NCBI RefSeq assembly: GCF_006345805.1
Contig: NC_042997.1
Coordinates: 211,420,001-211,484,000, forward strand
DNA: 64,000 nt
Source: Octopus sinensis
Taxonomy: Eukaryota
Direction of reading: 5' to 3'
Shown: in pieces, positions 11,170-23,314 of the stretch
How the letters are laid out: the number at the start of each line of letters is the position of its first letter
How positions within the stretch are numbered: position 1 is the stretch's first letter
Notes under the pieces: generated by a model
The model's database searches: none
What the model was told of the DNA's origin: nothing
What the model saw: only the letters and a program-made list of their open reading frames with translations
Program-made: the position numbers and the translations under genes

Positions 11170-14010
11170 TTCAGGGCTTCAGATAGAGCATAATTTTGAG
11201 AGAAGAAGAGAGACAAGGTTAAGAAATGCCTGACTGAGATGGTTGCAAACCTCAGCCAGGTCTGAAGATAATAAATTCTTTATTCTTTTATTCTTAAGGT
11301 GGCGTTGTAGCATTGCTGGTGTAAATTTCATAGTAGTTATAGAGTCTGGTGTCATAGGTGATGAGATGGAACATTTTGATTTTCGACAGTAAAGATGTCT
11401 GCTTAGCATCCAGCAATGATTTTTGCACATTCTTTGGGATTGTCAGTAATCTGGCCTGTGTGGAGATTGCAAAGGGGGGCCAACTGGAGAGTGAGGCCTC
11501 TGCTTTGAATGTACATACTTCCAGAACACTTTGCTGTCAGGGTTGGATGCTATGCGCTGTTCAAATTCAAGCACTGCCTTTTTTGTCACCTGCTTGAAAT
11601 GGTTGGCTGATCTATTGCGCTTTTTCCTGTTGATCTCTGATTTGTGCATTTTATATTCCTGTTCAGCATTGCGGCGTTCTTTCCTGGCAAGTCAGACTGT
11701 TGCAGTCTCCCAGATTGCCCTATTGGGTGGTCTTTGGTGCTTGCGTGGTACCGATGCGCACATGCCGTCCATATTGAATTCAGAATGTTCTGAAGTATAG
11801 TGTTCACATCTCCAGAGGCATAAAATTCAAACAAGTTTCGGCATCACAGCTCGGTACAACAATAGTTCCAGTCTGCTTTATTCCAGTCAAAGCAGGCAGT
11901 TTGAAGATGGTTGTGATTTTTGTTACAACCAATCAGAGACAAGTCAGCCATGATCATGGAATGATCAGAGTCACCTAAAGGTTCTTCAGTAGTGACACTA
12001 ATAATTGTTTCAGGAGAAGCGGTAAATAGCAGATCCAAAGTGTTGTTACCCTGTCTGGGGGAGGTAACGACTTGGAACCAATTTGAATTCAGCACCAGTT
12101 CAAGGAAATCGTCTGCACTTTGTGGCCAACAGAAGGCCTCCCAGTCAATCTCAGGGAAACTGAAGTCCCCTGCAATATAAACATAAGTGGCTGTTTCCAT
12201 GGCAGCAACTCTGAGGATATCAAAAAGTTGTGTGTCTTGATGATAATTTGGGGGGCGGTAAACAACTCGCAAGTAGAAGTGTTTGACATGGTCATGTATA
12301 TATTGCAGAAAAATACTTCCTGCTGAGATTGGTTCAAATCATCACAAGGAATAGCTGATAGATTTGAACGAATGTAAACCATCACACCCCCACCACGGCG
12401 ATTAATGCGGTCTTTGCGGAACAGGTTGTAGCTGGCTATGCTGAAAACCCATCACAGAGTGCAGAATGTGCCCATGTTTCCATGACTGTGATGAAATCTG
12501 GGTCAATACTTTTGACGTAAGAGTCAAAAAGATGTACCTTGTTGCATTTACTACAGGCATTTAAGGACAACAGTTTGTATCTGGATTTCAGATGGCAATG
12601 ATATGCAGGGGATGGCTGATTGTTCTTGTTTAGTTTCCCATGATTTTTGTATGGCCAGTTATTGTGGGTGCAGTATGCTCAGACCAACTGATATCCCTTA
12701 TCCATGACTCACCTGACTTAACGAATTTCCATATTTGCCCATCGTCGCATAGGCTAAAGCTTTCCTGTGGCACAGAGTTGCGATTTAGGGAAGCTACAGA
12801 TCTTAGCTTTGGGCGTACATCAGGTGGTAGGCTAAGACGTGTCCAAAAGGTAATTCTGTTTTCGAGCTGAGCCCTATCAGCGGCTAGATGGTATGCCTGT
12901 GCCTCAGTAGAGTTTGAAAACGACAGCCTTATCAATCTGGGTTTTGGATCCTGGTCGGCCGAGGCAGAAAGCACTTTTTGGAGGAACACAGCTTAGGTCC
13001 TTAGATGTGTTGTCAGTAAATGACTGTAGATCTACCATGTCTTCCGATACTCTGATGACAATTACCTCATGGGTGGTTGACTCAGTGGCTTCCTCAATGC
13101 ATCTAGATTCCATAAGAGCTACGGGTAAATTGTTGAGCAAGGCACTCCAATACGATCCCTCATTGGGAGGTTTTGCACAGACGCTGGTTTTGATTCCTGC
13201 TTTTTCTCGGCTTAAAGCAGAAATCATTTGTCGAATTTCCGCAACTTCTGTATTAATGGTCGATTTTTGTTGTTGTTGAGAAGTATCGGTAGAGGAGGGC
13301 ATGGTTGGCTGTCGTTCTTGCAGATGTACTTTGGCTGGAATGGTCAATTTTTATTGTTGAAGAATAACAGGGGAAGAAGTCACAGGTGGCTTAAGCTTAT
13401 GTTGATGTTCTTCAACAGGAATGGCCGATTTTTGTTGCTGTTGTTGAAGAGTGACAGGGGAGGAAGACACGGGCGGCTTTAGTTTTTGTTGTTCTTCTTC
13501 ATCAACAGAACTGGTATTAGGAGACATAGTAGTCGGTTTTAGTTGCTGTTCAGCAGCAATGGCAGAGGAAGACACGGTTGTCGGGTTTTGTTGTTGCTGT
13601 TCAGCAGCAACGGTGGCAGGGGACACACAAGTCAGGCACTGAAATGACCAGTTTGGTAGCTGGACCATTTCCCAGAGTTTATCCATCATAGAAGTATGGT
13701 GTCCTTTTTTTTAACAGCTGGTATCTTTTGAAAGTTTGTGGCTCATTGAAAGCAGATCGAAACACGACATTTACTGCATTCAACCCATCTATTTCGGAAG
13801 GAATTTTCGAGTCCTGTGCATAGATGACAGATGTGATTTGTTGGGCAACGCTCTATATTGGGACAGCGACCGGTTTTGTCGCATGGCTCATCCACGGATG
13901 ACAACGTGACAGTTTTGTTCTGTCTGCCCATCCATACCGTAGTACAAAAGGTAAACAAACAAAAACCCGAAAAAGACGATCTTGCACACTTGTTACGGAG
14001 ATAAATAAGA
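11170..14010 (-). mobile_element. 5' half of a CR1-clade LINE: Cys-rich (PHD-like) ORF1 plus ORF2 endonuclease; RT absent
   Basis: ORF1 (~13931-12630, frameshifted) has ICHLC..WVECSKC..WSFQCLTC, Gln-rich repeats and PKPRLIRL. ORF2 has FRKDR..RGGGV, VVYRPPN, IAGDFSFPEIDW, NTLDLLFT and LGDSDH, and stops before the RT. Confidence 0.85.
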
Positions 14011-14204
14011 TGTTATTATTTTTTGTTGTTATTGTTGTTAACTGTTCCCGCTTTCCTCATTGTAGTATGTGTGTATTCAAAAAGATACAATTATATGTAC
14101 AATCAAGAGATGTAAGGAGTCAATGGCTGGTGTGTTTATAATATGTTCGCGATACTCACTGCAATGCCTCAGCGAAAAAGAAGTAGGATTTAAATTCGTT
14201 TTGT

Positions 14205-14385
14205 GGTTACTACTAGCGAACAGTGGTCCCAGTGCGCGCATCCGCGCTAGCTAGTCGTGACAAGTCGATCCTACAACGACTACCTAGCAAAGTAAATAAA
14301 ACACAGAATAAATAAGTTTTTTTACACAAAGTAAATATTTTTGGCGTAACTTCGGTATAGGTACCGGATACATTTCGAGAAAGTG

Positions 14386-14419
<34 letters not shown>

Positions 14420-15047
14420 GGGGGGGGATAGGGTTTCTGTTATCTTCAGGAATGTAAACAAAGCCACTTCCAGTACTTACGGTACTTATACCGAAGGATC
14501 GCCGTATTTTTTGTTAAACAAAGTAAATAAAACACAAAAACACAAAGTAAGGATCGACTAGTCATGGTTAGCTAGCGCGGATGCGCGAGTACGCGCACCG
14601 GGACCAGAAATGTAAACAAAGCCACTTCCAGTACTTATACCGAAGGATCGCCGTATTTTTTGTTAAACAAAGTAAATAAAACACAAAAACACAAAGTAAG
14701 GATCGACTAGTCATGGTTAGCTAGCGCGGATGCGCGAGTACGCGCACCGGGACCAGAAATGTAAACAAAGCCACTTCCAGTACTTATACCGAAGGATCGC
14801 CGTATTTTTTTGTTAAACAAAGTAAATAAAACACAAAGTAAGGATCGACTAGTCATGACTAGCTAGCGCGAGTACGCGCACCGGGACCAGAAATGTAAAC
14901 AAAGCCACTTCCCGTACTTATACCGAAAGATCGCCATATTTTTTGTTAAACAAAGTAAATAAAACACAAAACCACAAAGTAAGGATCGACTAGTCATGAC
15001 TAGCTAGCGCGAGTGCGCGCACCGGGACCACTGTTCTCAAGTAGTAC
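14205..15047. mobile_element. Non-autonomous TIR element with internal tandem expansion (4 units of 134-158 bp)
   Basis: Left end tactactagcgaacagtggtccc is inverted against right end gggaccactgttctcaagtagta. The unit start aatgtaaacaaagcc recurs at 14451, 14609, 14758 and 14892. Confidence 0.75.
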
Positions 15048-15194
15048 CCGCTTTGTGTATATATATTCATGTGTGGTGCGTGCTGCTATAGAAAACTGTG
15101 GTTTTTGGATGGGCGGAGCGGCGTGTTTTCAATGGTGGTCACGCAAAGATTTACGACAAACAGACATACAGTTATCGTTATTTTTTTAAAGTTT

Positions 15195-15553
15195 TTTTTT
15201 ACTTGTTTCAGTCATTTGACTGCGGCCATGCTGGAGCACCGCCTTTAGTCGAGCGAATCGACCTCGGGACTTATTCTTTTTTGTAAGCCCAGTACTTATT
15301 CTATCGGTCTCTTTTGCCGAACCGCTAAGTGACGGGGACGTAAACACACCAGGATCGGTTACTAGGGGGACAAACACATACATATATATATATACAGGCT
15401 TCTTTCAGTTTCCGTCTACCAAATCCACTCACAAGGCATTGGTCGGCCCGGGGCTATAGCAGAAGACACTTGCCCAAGATGCCACGCAGTGGGACTGAAC
15501 CCGGAACCATGTGGTTGGTTAGCAAGCTACTACCACACAGCCACTCCTGCGCT
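15195..15553 (-). mobile_element. SINE family A
   Basis: Reverse complement of the 2387-2800 element. Confidence 0.85.
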
Positions 15554-15619
15554 AAGTTACCGTTTTTTTTTTTTTTTTAGTTTTTTTTGTAGAATCATTT
15601 AAGGTTTTCTTCCATTATC

Positions 15620-16445
15620 CAAGGAATGTGTTGATCCACCTTCGGTATATGTACCGGTGGAAGTACCGGATATATTTCAAAAAAGGTTTTTTGGGGGTTT
15701 TTTTATATGAGGAGTTAGGGTTAGGGGTGGGAGAAAAGGGTTTCTGTTATCTTCAGAAATGTCAACAAAGCCACGTGTGTACCTATACCGAAGCATCGCA
15801 AAACATAATTTACTTTGTGTAAAAAAATTACGATCTTTTCCTTTAGATAGACAGAATTCAACCCAATTTCTAGTCAACTAAACAATTTGAAATTTCGTAT
15901 ACTGGTAGAATGTGTCAAAAGAAAACATTATTTTCACTTGGATTTTTTGATAAATTTGCAATTCGTTTGTTTAACGTAGTTTAATTCTTCGAATGTGTGG
16001 GTGTGTGCGCTGTTTACATTAACAGTACAGGATGTTGTCTGAGTTTTTAGATGCAACAAATGATTTGAGCTCAAATGCTGACAATTCATTGGTTAAAATT
16101 CGAAGAATTACACTTACAAATTACAAATTTATCAAAAAATCCAAGTGAAAATAATGTTTTCTTTTGACACATTCTACCAGTATACGAAGTTTCAAATTGT
16201 TTAGTTAACTAGAAATTGGGTTGAATTCCGTCTATCTAAAGGAAAAGATCCCAAAATTATTTATTTGTTTAAAAAACCCTTTCTAAGTTATGATGGGGGT
16301 ACCAAACGTTTATCTAATAACTTGCAACCGAATTTGTATGAACATTTGTTAGGAGAGGTGGTCGTTGTAGGCTCGACTAGTCACGACTAGCTAACGCGGA
16401 TGTGCGTGCACACGCACCTTGGACCACTCTATTAAATAGTACCGG
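15620..16445. mobile_element. Second, partial copy of the 14205 element carrying a nested ~415-bp MITE (15833-16249) with ~125-bp TIRs
   Basis: Shares gggtttctgttatcttcag.aatgt.aacaaagccac and the terminal ggaccact..aaatagtacc. The nested insert has gatcttttcctttagatagac... inverted against ...gtctatctaaaggaaaagatc. Confidence 0.7.
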
Positions 16446-17093
16446 GAAATACCAGGTTTTCAGGTATCTCTCTCAACCTGTTATTGCTTGACCGCTTCTT
16501 TGCACCCTGGCCCTCATCTATTCCGCATTCCTCATGTCAGTCTCTATCTTTTCACTCGTTTCACCTGACAGCATCCATGTGCATCTGAAGTGTAGATCGA
16601 GTCATTAGACTCGGGCTATGCCAGGGCACTGCCTTGAATTTTTTTATTCAAACGAATTGACCACACATCTTTTTGCCTGGTACTTATTTTGTTCAATAAT
16701 TCGTTGGCTTACTACAAACGAAAGATCGCCTCGTTCAATAATAATAAACATTATTAATTGTTGCAGGAAACATTTGACGTTTTTGTTTTGCAACAGTCAT
16801 TCTTGCTTGCCTTTATTTTCATTAATGATTATTTAATAACAGGCAAAACAACTTCGATACGGGACACAATTTCCAGAATATTATCAGTTTCCGGAGTTTG
16901 TTAAATGAATATTTTTGATAAAATGAAAATTCTTTAATATACCAATAACATTTTTTTTTTCTTAATGAAGAAGTGATTTTGTTGGTATGGCTACTTGGAA
17001 TGCTATAAGCTTTTCGATAATAACTATGTGATCGCTGTTATTTCTAGCACACTAAACAAGATTAATTTTTAACAAGCTTTCATTTATATATAA

Positions 17094-17607
17094 CTAGCAG
17101 TATCGCCCGGCGTTGCTCGGATTTGTAAGGGAAATAACTATATAAGCATTTTTAGAGAGTTACTTCCCTTATAGATGCCAATTCGGGCTTTTTTAGCGAT
17201 TTCTGTTTTGGTGTCTTCAAGCCATGAAGTCGTTGTTCTAAAAGAACGCTGGTCTCCTTGACAACGCTTTACGACGTTGATTTCCTTACACTCCCTTCCC
17301 CACAGCTTCACGAGGGAGGGAAGAAGGGGGAGAGGCAACACAGGTGCAGGCGTGACCGTGGACGCCAACTCCGCCGCCATCGACACGCGAAAAAATATGC
17401 ATTAAAATGGAATAAAAAATGATGTTAAATTATTTTTAAAATCGTAGACTCATCGTAGACGCGCGCTAATACCCAGACGGGCTCGATATGAATCACGACT
17501 ATAAGATACCCGAATTTGGTTAAACTGCACCGCAAAATGTGGTAGTAGTTAGGAATCTAAATCGAAGGGGACAGACACTCACACAACTACAGTTTTATAT
17601 ATATAGA
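17094..17607 (-). mobile_element. Non-autonomous Helitron (complete ends)
   Basis: On minus it reads A|TCTATATATATAAAA... through hairpin CCGAGCAACGCCGG to CTAG|T, inserted at an A|T site. Confidence 0.8.
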
Positions 17608-18870
17608 TCTGTGACTGAAAAAGAAAATTTAGCAGCAAAGGCACAACGGCCAAGAGAAAGACGAGCAACTGAATCGGATGAAACCAGGGCAAAGCGACCG
17701 AAACAGATATCCTGAATATGCACGGAGACGTAGACACGATTCTGTTTCCACTACACACGACCAATTGGTTGGTTAGGGTACCTTGAGAGAAGAATATTAT
17801 ACTTCAAAATAATGGTGTTAGATCACAAATTATTGATGCAACACTAAAGAGATCTTTTCTTTGCGATCATGTGGAAGTAGTGGAGTTGGCAACCAATCTA
17901 AGACTTCTTACAGAAGGTCATTCTAATCAAAGAGAGTTTGCTAATTACCTTCTTGATGTAGGAAATGGTAACATTTCTGTTGAACAAAGCCTAGGTTTAA
18001 TTCAAAATCAAACTACCCAATGACCCTTGCTTTGAAAGGGGTACTCTTTCAGATCTATGTGATTTTGTATATGCTGACCTCAAAAATAACTTCACAAACC
18101 CTGTGTGGCTGGGAAATAGAACCGTTGTTACTCCACCAAATGAATCAGCACAATTTGTGAATGATTTTCTGTTGACCAGGATCCCTGGTGAGTGAAAAAT
18201 ATACAGAAGCTCAGTTGATAATGAAACTCTGTACCTAATTGCATTCATCAACAAACTTACACCATCAGGGTTTCCACCACACATTCTCAAACTGAAGGAA
18301 AGAAAATGATGCGTAATGCTTCTGAGAAATTTAGATGCTACTAACGGACACTGCAATGGCACCGTGCTACATCATTGTCAGTTTACATGATCATGTTGTT
18401 GAGGCTGAGGTTGTTAACTCTGCTAATCCCAAGAATGCCACATGTATCTCAAGAAATGGAATTTCCATTTACATGCAAACAATTTCCCGTGAAACCAGCT
18501 TTTGCCTTGACGTGCAACAAGGCACAGGGACAGACTTTTGAACAAATTGGAATAGATCTCCTGACACATGGTCAGCTGTATGTTTCATTATCTAGAGTTC
18601 GAAAGAAGCCTAATGTAAAAATATGAGGGAAGTAGAAACAGTATGATTACTGACAATTGTGTCTACAAGGAGACACTACTTTAAAGCAAAATATGCTTTT
18701 TAGCACGTTTCAGTATAATGAAAGCAATATTTATTAAGCAAGTGAGAACTATTACACCAAGAAATAATTAGACGTAAAATATCATAAAAATTATTAGAAT
18801 TGGGAATCAAATGGGGAAGTGTTACTGAGTGGCTAGCAGAAAACCGCCCAGAGGGTGGTCTTTCTGCTAG
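17608..18870 (+). mobile_element. Internally deleted Helitron with RepHel N-terminal remnant and decayed Pif1-like helicase C-terminus
   Basis: FANYLLDVGNG, LTPSGFPPHILKLK, MLLRNLD..GHCNG, KQFPVKPAFALTCNKAQGQT and HGQLYVSLSRV. The 3' hairpin ACCGCCC-AGA-GGGTGGT is followed by CTAG|T at 18867-18871. Confidence 0.85.
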
Positions 18871-19118
18871 TATATATATATTTGTATGCATGTCCATATA
18901 TATATATATATAAATATATATAGTTCTTAAATTTGTCAGAAAGAGGGAGGCTGGTTCGCTGGTACAGAGGTAATACACTTAGTCACTTAAAAAATAAAAG
19001 GACGTGGGTTTGAGTCCCATGTAGATAAGAAAGCCTCCTTTTTTCAGTCGAGGGCTTATATGCCCCTTTATTAGACTATTTTCCTTAGTCATCGCACGGT
19101 GATCGCCATAAGCTTTAA

Positions 19119-19708
19119 CCCTTTCATTACTGTATTTTGAGATGCTGGGTGTTTCTTTCGATTACTTTAAATATAACAAAGAAATTAGTAAAATAATTTA
19201 GTTATCATTAAGCTAGTGTTAGGATCACAAATTGTGACTTAGTTTTAGTAAAAAATTTTAATTCAAAACTTATGAAAACAAGACGTAGGAGTGGCTGTGT
19301 GGTAAGTAGCTTGCTTACCAACCACATGGTTCCGGGTTCATTCTCACTGCGTGTCTTCTACTATAGCCTCAGGCTGACCAAAGCCTTGTGAGTGGATTTG
19401 GTAGACGGAAACTGAAAGAAGCCCGTCGTATATATGTATGTATATGTGCGTGTGTGTCTGTGTTTGTCCCCCCAACATCGCTTGACAACCGATGCTGGTG
19501 TGTATATGTCCCCGTAACTTAGCGGTTCGGCAAAAAGAGACCGATAAAATAAGTACTTGGCTTACAAAGAATAAGTCCTGGGGTCAATTTAATCGGCTAA
19601 AGGCAGTGCTCCAGCATGGCCGCAGTCAAATGACTGAAACAAGTAAAAGAGTAAGACATTTGTACTCAGATCCAGAGCTGGTTTCAGCCAGGTTGGTAGT
19701 GAAAAGGG
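19119..19708. mobile_element. piggyBac-type MITE interrupted by a family-A SINE (19285-19652)
   Basis: TTAA|CCCTTTCATTAC ... GTAGTGAAAAGGG|TTAA; the SINE is flanked by an AAGAC direct repeat. Confidence 0.75.
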
Positions 19709-19804
19709 TTAAGCTTATATAAAAATACCATTATTATTATTTACAGGATTGTAAAATACAGCATCAAAACAAAACCATTTGCACTGAAAGCATATATATA
19801 TATC

Positions 19805-20198
19805 TCTCTTTTACTCTTTTACTTGTTTCAGTCATTTGACTGCGGCCATGCTGGAGCACCGCCTTTAGTCGAGCAAATCGACCCCGGGACTTATTCTTTG
19901 TAAGCCCAGTACTTATTCTATCGGTCTCTTTTGCCGAACCGCTAAGTGACGGGGACATAAACACACCAGCATCGGTTGTCAAGCAATGCTAGGGGGACAA
20001 ACACAGACACACAAACACACATACATACATATACATATATACGACAGGCTTCTTTCAGTTTCCGTCTACCAAATCCACTCACAAGGCATTGGTCGGCCCG
20101 GGGCTATAGCAGAAGACACTTGCCCAAGATGCCACGCAGTGGGACTGAACCCGGAACCATGTGGTTGGTTAGCAAGCTACTTACCACACAGCCATTCC
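19805..20198 (-). mobile_element. SINE family A
   Basis: Full head and tail, reverse complement of the other copies. Confidence 0.85.
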
Positions 20199-20319
20199 TA
20201 TATATATAAGTTCAGTAAAAATTTAGATTCAGATGAATATGGTACTTAAGTTGAAGGCACCAGAATTTAGTATGGTATTATCCATACAATTTAAAATAAG
20301 GTGATTATAATCACCTTAT

Positions 20320-20520
20320 ATGTATATATAAAGGGAAAGTTTACGAAAATAAACAAAAGACGAAGGCAGGTGGAGCACAAACAAACAAATGTATTAGTAT
20401 AGCGCTCAGGAATAGAAAAAGTCTTTTATGTTTTGAGCCTACACTCTTCTACAGAAAGGGACACAGAAAAAAACAAGGAGAGAACAAAATGCGTGTAGGA
20501 TCTAACGATCTATCATGGCG
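20320..20520 (-). mobile_element. Short repeat with decayed hammerhead-like motif (PLE pseudo-LTR-like)
   Basis: Closely similar to 39480-39675; the motif at 20422-20458 is degenerate. Confidence 0.5.
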
Positions 20521-20765
20521 CCCTGACTTCGGACATATATATACACACACACACACACACATATATGTGTGTGTGTGTGTAACAAGAATGTCCAGGTATT
20601 AGTGCATTACAGCTGTTTCAAGTGGCTCCATTTAATTGACCAATGCAAGCATTACATCAATTTGAAATAATCCGCTCTCCTCGGTCACAGAAGACCATAA
20701 TAAGTTTTCAACATACAGGATGCTCCGTTATAATTTTTTAGCAAATTTTTCATCAGAACTACATA

Positions 20766-20928
20766 GGCGTAGGAGTGGCTGTGTGGTAAGTAGCTTGCTT
20801 ACCAACCACATGGTCCCGGGTTCAGTCCCACTGCGTGGCACCTTGGGCAAGTGTCTTCTACTATAGCCTCGGGCCGACCAAAGCCTTGTGAGTGAATTTG
20901 GTAGACAGAAACTGAAAGAAGCCTGTCG

Positions 20929-20961
<33 letters not shown>

Positions 20962-21180
20962 TTGTGAGTCTGTGTTTGTCCCCCCAACATCGCTTGACAA
21001 CCGATGCTGGTGTGTTTATGTCCCCGTTACTTAGCGGTTTGGCAAAAGAGACCGATAGAATAAGTACTGGGCTTACAAAAGAATAAGTCCTGGGGTCGAG
21101 TTGCTCGATTAAAGGCGGTGCTCCATCATGGCCGCAGTCAAATGACTGAAACAAGTAAAAGAGTAAAAGAGTAAAGAGTA
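20766..21180 (+). mobile_element. SINE family A
   Basis: Full head, (TA)n(TG)n core and (TAAAAGAG)n tail. Confidence 0.85.
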
Positions 21181-21519
21181 ACTAGAGAATGAAAGAATTA
21201 CATTTCTTACTGCTATTATTGTAGCAGAATGAACTTAGGGAGAAAATACGTAAAGCCTACAACAATTGAGAGTGGCAGAATGGGGGCCAAGAAAAAGTAA
21301 TGGCGATACAGCTACATTCATCTTTGTCTTTATCACAATCAAAAGATCCAATAGAGAATGTATTTTACAACCCTTGGCATTAAAACTATTGGGAATTGAC
21401 AGTTAAATTCTTGCTTCTGGTGGGAAATCAATTAACGCCAGATGCTTATTCCTTATTCCTATTTTACTGTGACTATAAATTCTCCATGTCTACATGAAAT
21501 GAAAAAATAGACATAGGAT

Positions 21520-22940
21520 AAACCCAGTGCAAGCTAGAGACACATATGAGAGGTTGGTGAGAGCTGTTCAATCCATGTACAGGGGTGCTGTCAGTAAGTT
21601 GAGGGTTGGCAAGAAGTACAGTGAAAAATTCCGGCTAGAAGTAGAGGTTCACCTCAGCCCCCTCTTATTCATCATAGTCCTCCAAGCAGTAACCAAGGAA
21701 TTCAAGATAGGCTGCCCCTGGGAGCTCCTCTAAGCTGATGACTTTCCTCTAATAGCTGATTGACTATCAGAACTAAAGAAGTTTCAGGCATGGAAGCAAG
21801 GTCTAGAATCAAAGGGCCTTAGAGTTGATCTAGAAAAAAAAACAAAGTTTTAGTAAGTAGGAAGGTTGACAAATCACGAATTCCTTCAGGTGGGTGGCCC
21901 TGCTTGATCTGCAGAAAAGGTGTAGGTAGAAACTCCAAAAGATAAACCCAGTGCAAACTATGGACACATAAGAGGTGCAGCAATGTAAAAGGTAGGTTAA
22001 CCGGGAAGATAGTTGTTGTGTGTGGCAGATGTATAGGTACAATAAGCACTAGAAATGTACAGAAAATAAACTCCATCAAATGTCTGTGAGGGGGACCTAG
22101 AAGTAGTTGACAGCTTCTGCTATCTAGGTGAACAAATTAGCAGTGGAAGTGGATGCTCCAAGAGCATAGGTGCAAGAATAAGATTAGGTTGGGCAAAGTT
22201 CAGAGAGCTTTTACCTTTGTTGGTAATGAAGAGCCTCTCCCTCAGAGTGAAAGGTAGACTGTACGATACCTGTGTGCAAGCAGCCATGCTATACGACAGT
22301 GAAACATGGGTTGTGGCTGTAGAGGACATGCAAAGGCTTGAAAGAAATGAAACTAGTCTGCTTCACTGGATGTGCAATGTCAGTGTGCATGTATGGCAGA
22401 ATGTAAGCATCTGGAGAGAAAAATGGTGCACAAGAGGTATCAGATGTGGTGTGCAAGAGAGAAGACTGCACTGTGGAGGGGACATGTGGAAGAGATAGAC
22501 CCAAGATAGACAAGGGACAAGGTGGTGAAGAATGATCCTCAAACATTGGGCCTCATGGAGGCTATGACCTTTGGCAATATTCTGTGCTTAAGAAGACCCA
22601 TCGAGCCAAGTGAAATTGTAGTTGTGGCTGATGCCAGTGTTACGTAAAAAGTACCATACAAACTTTGGGCCACACAGAGGTGATAAGTTTCTGAGACCCC
22701 TGGCAATTTACCATGCTTGAGAAGACCCATCAAACCAAGTGAAATCGTAGACGATGCTGGTGTCACATAAAAAGCACCCATTTCACTCTTGGAGTGGCTG
22801 GCATATGGAAAGGCATCCAGCTGTAGAAACTGTGTCAAATCTGACTGAAACCTGGTGCAGCTCTCCAGCCTATCAGTTTCAGTCAAACCGTCCAACCCAT
22901 GCCAGCATGGAAAGTGGATGTTAAATGATGATGATGATTT
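21520..22940 (+). mobile_element. RTE LINE fragment (RT C-half to 3' tail)
   Basis: LSPLLFIIVLQAVTKEFKIGCPWELL, SLSLRVKGRLYDTCVQAAMLY and a (GAT)n tail. Confidence 0.85.
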
Positions 22941-23277
22941 ACATTTTCTACTAATCATTCTTTAGAGAGAAATTTCTTGAAATAAGTGTTTTATTTTCTT
23001 ATGTCCAATAATGTTGAACCAAGAGTTATAGCGTTGCCTGACTCTAAAGTATTTACGAGAGGCCATTTAGCTCTGGAAGCCTTCTTCAACTGAACAACCA
23101 AGTTTCTTTCCTTGAACAGGTTCCCCTCTTAGAAATTACTTATCACATGACCATCAGCCTGAGTCATGTGATGTGGTAAGCAGGTAAATTGTGTGAAGCA
23201 GACAACACTGCCATATGAGTGATATATACACGAAAGACAAATTATAAGAAAGGTTTTAAAATGCACCATATATACAT

Positions 23278-23314
<37 letters not shown>

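Noticed and set aside
17830-18680. Pif1 helicase as a host gene
   Set aside because: It is intronless, frameshifted and bounded by a Helitron hairpin-CTAG end.
20600-20665. GAAACAGCTGTA on minus as another hammerhead
   Set aside because: The CUGANGA core and a closing stem II are missing.
23120-23175. 56-nt segment with good acceptor and donor upstream of the PARP exons
   Set aside because: It cannot supply the phase-1 end that exon 24364 requires and shows no recognisable homology. It could still be a UTR exon.
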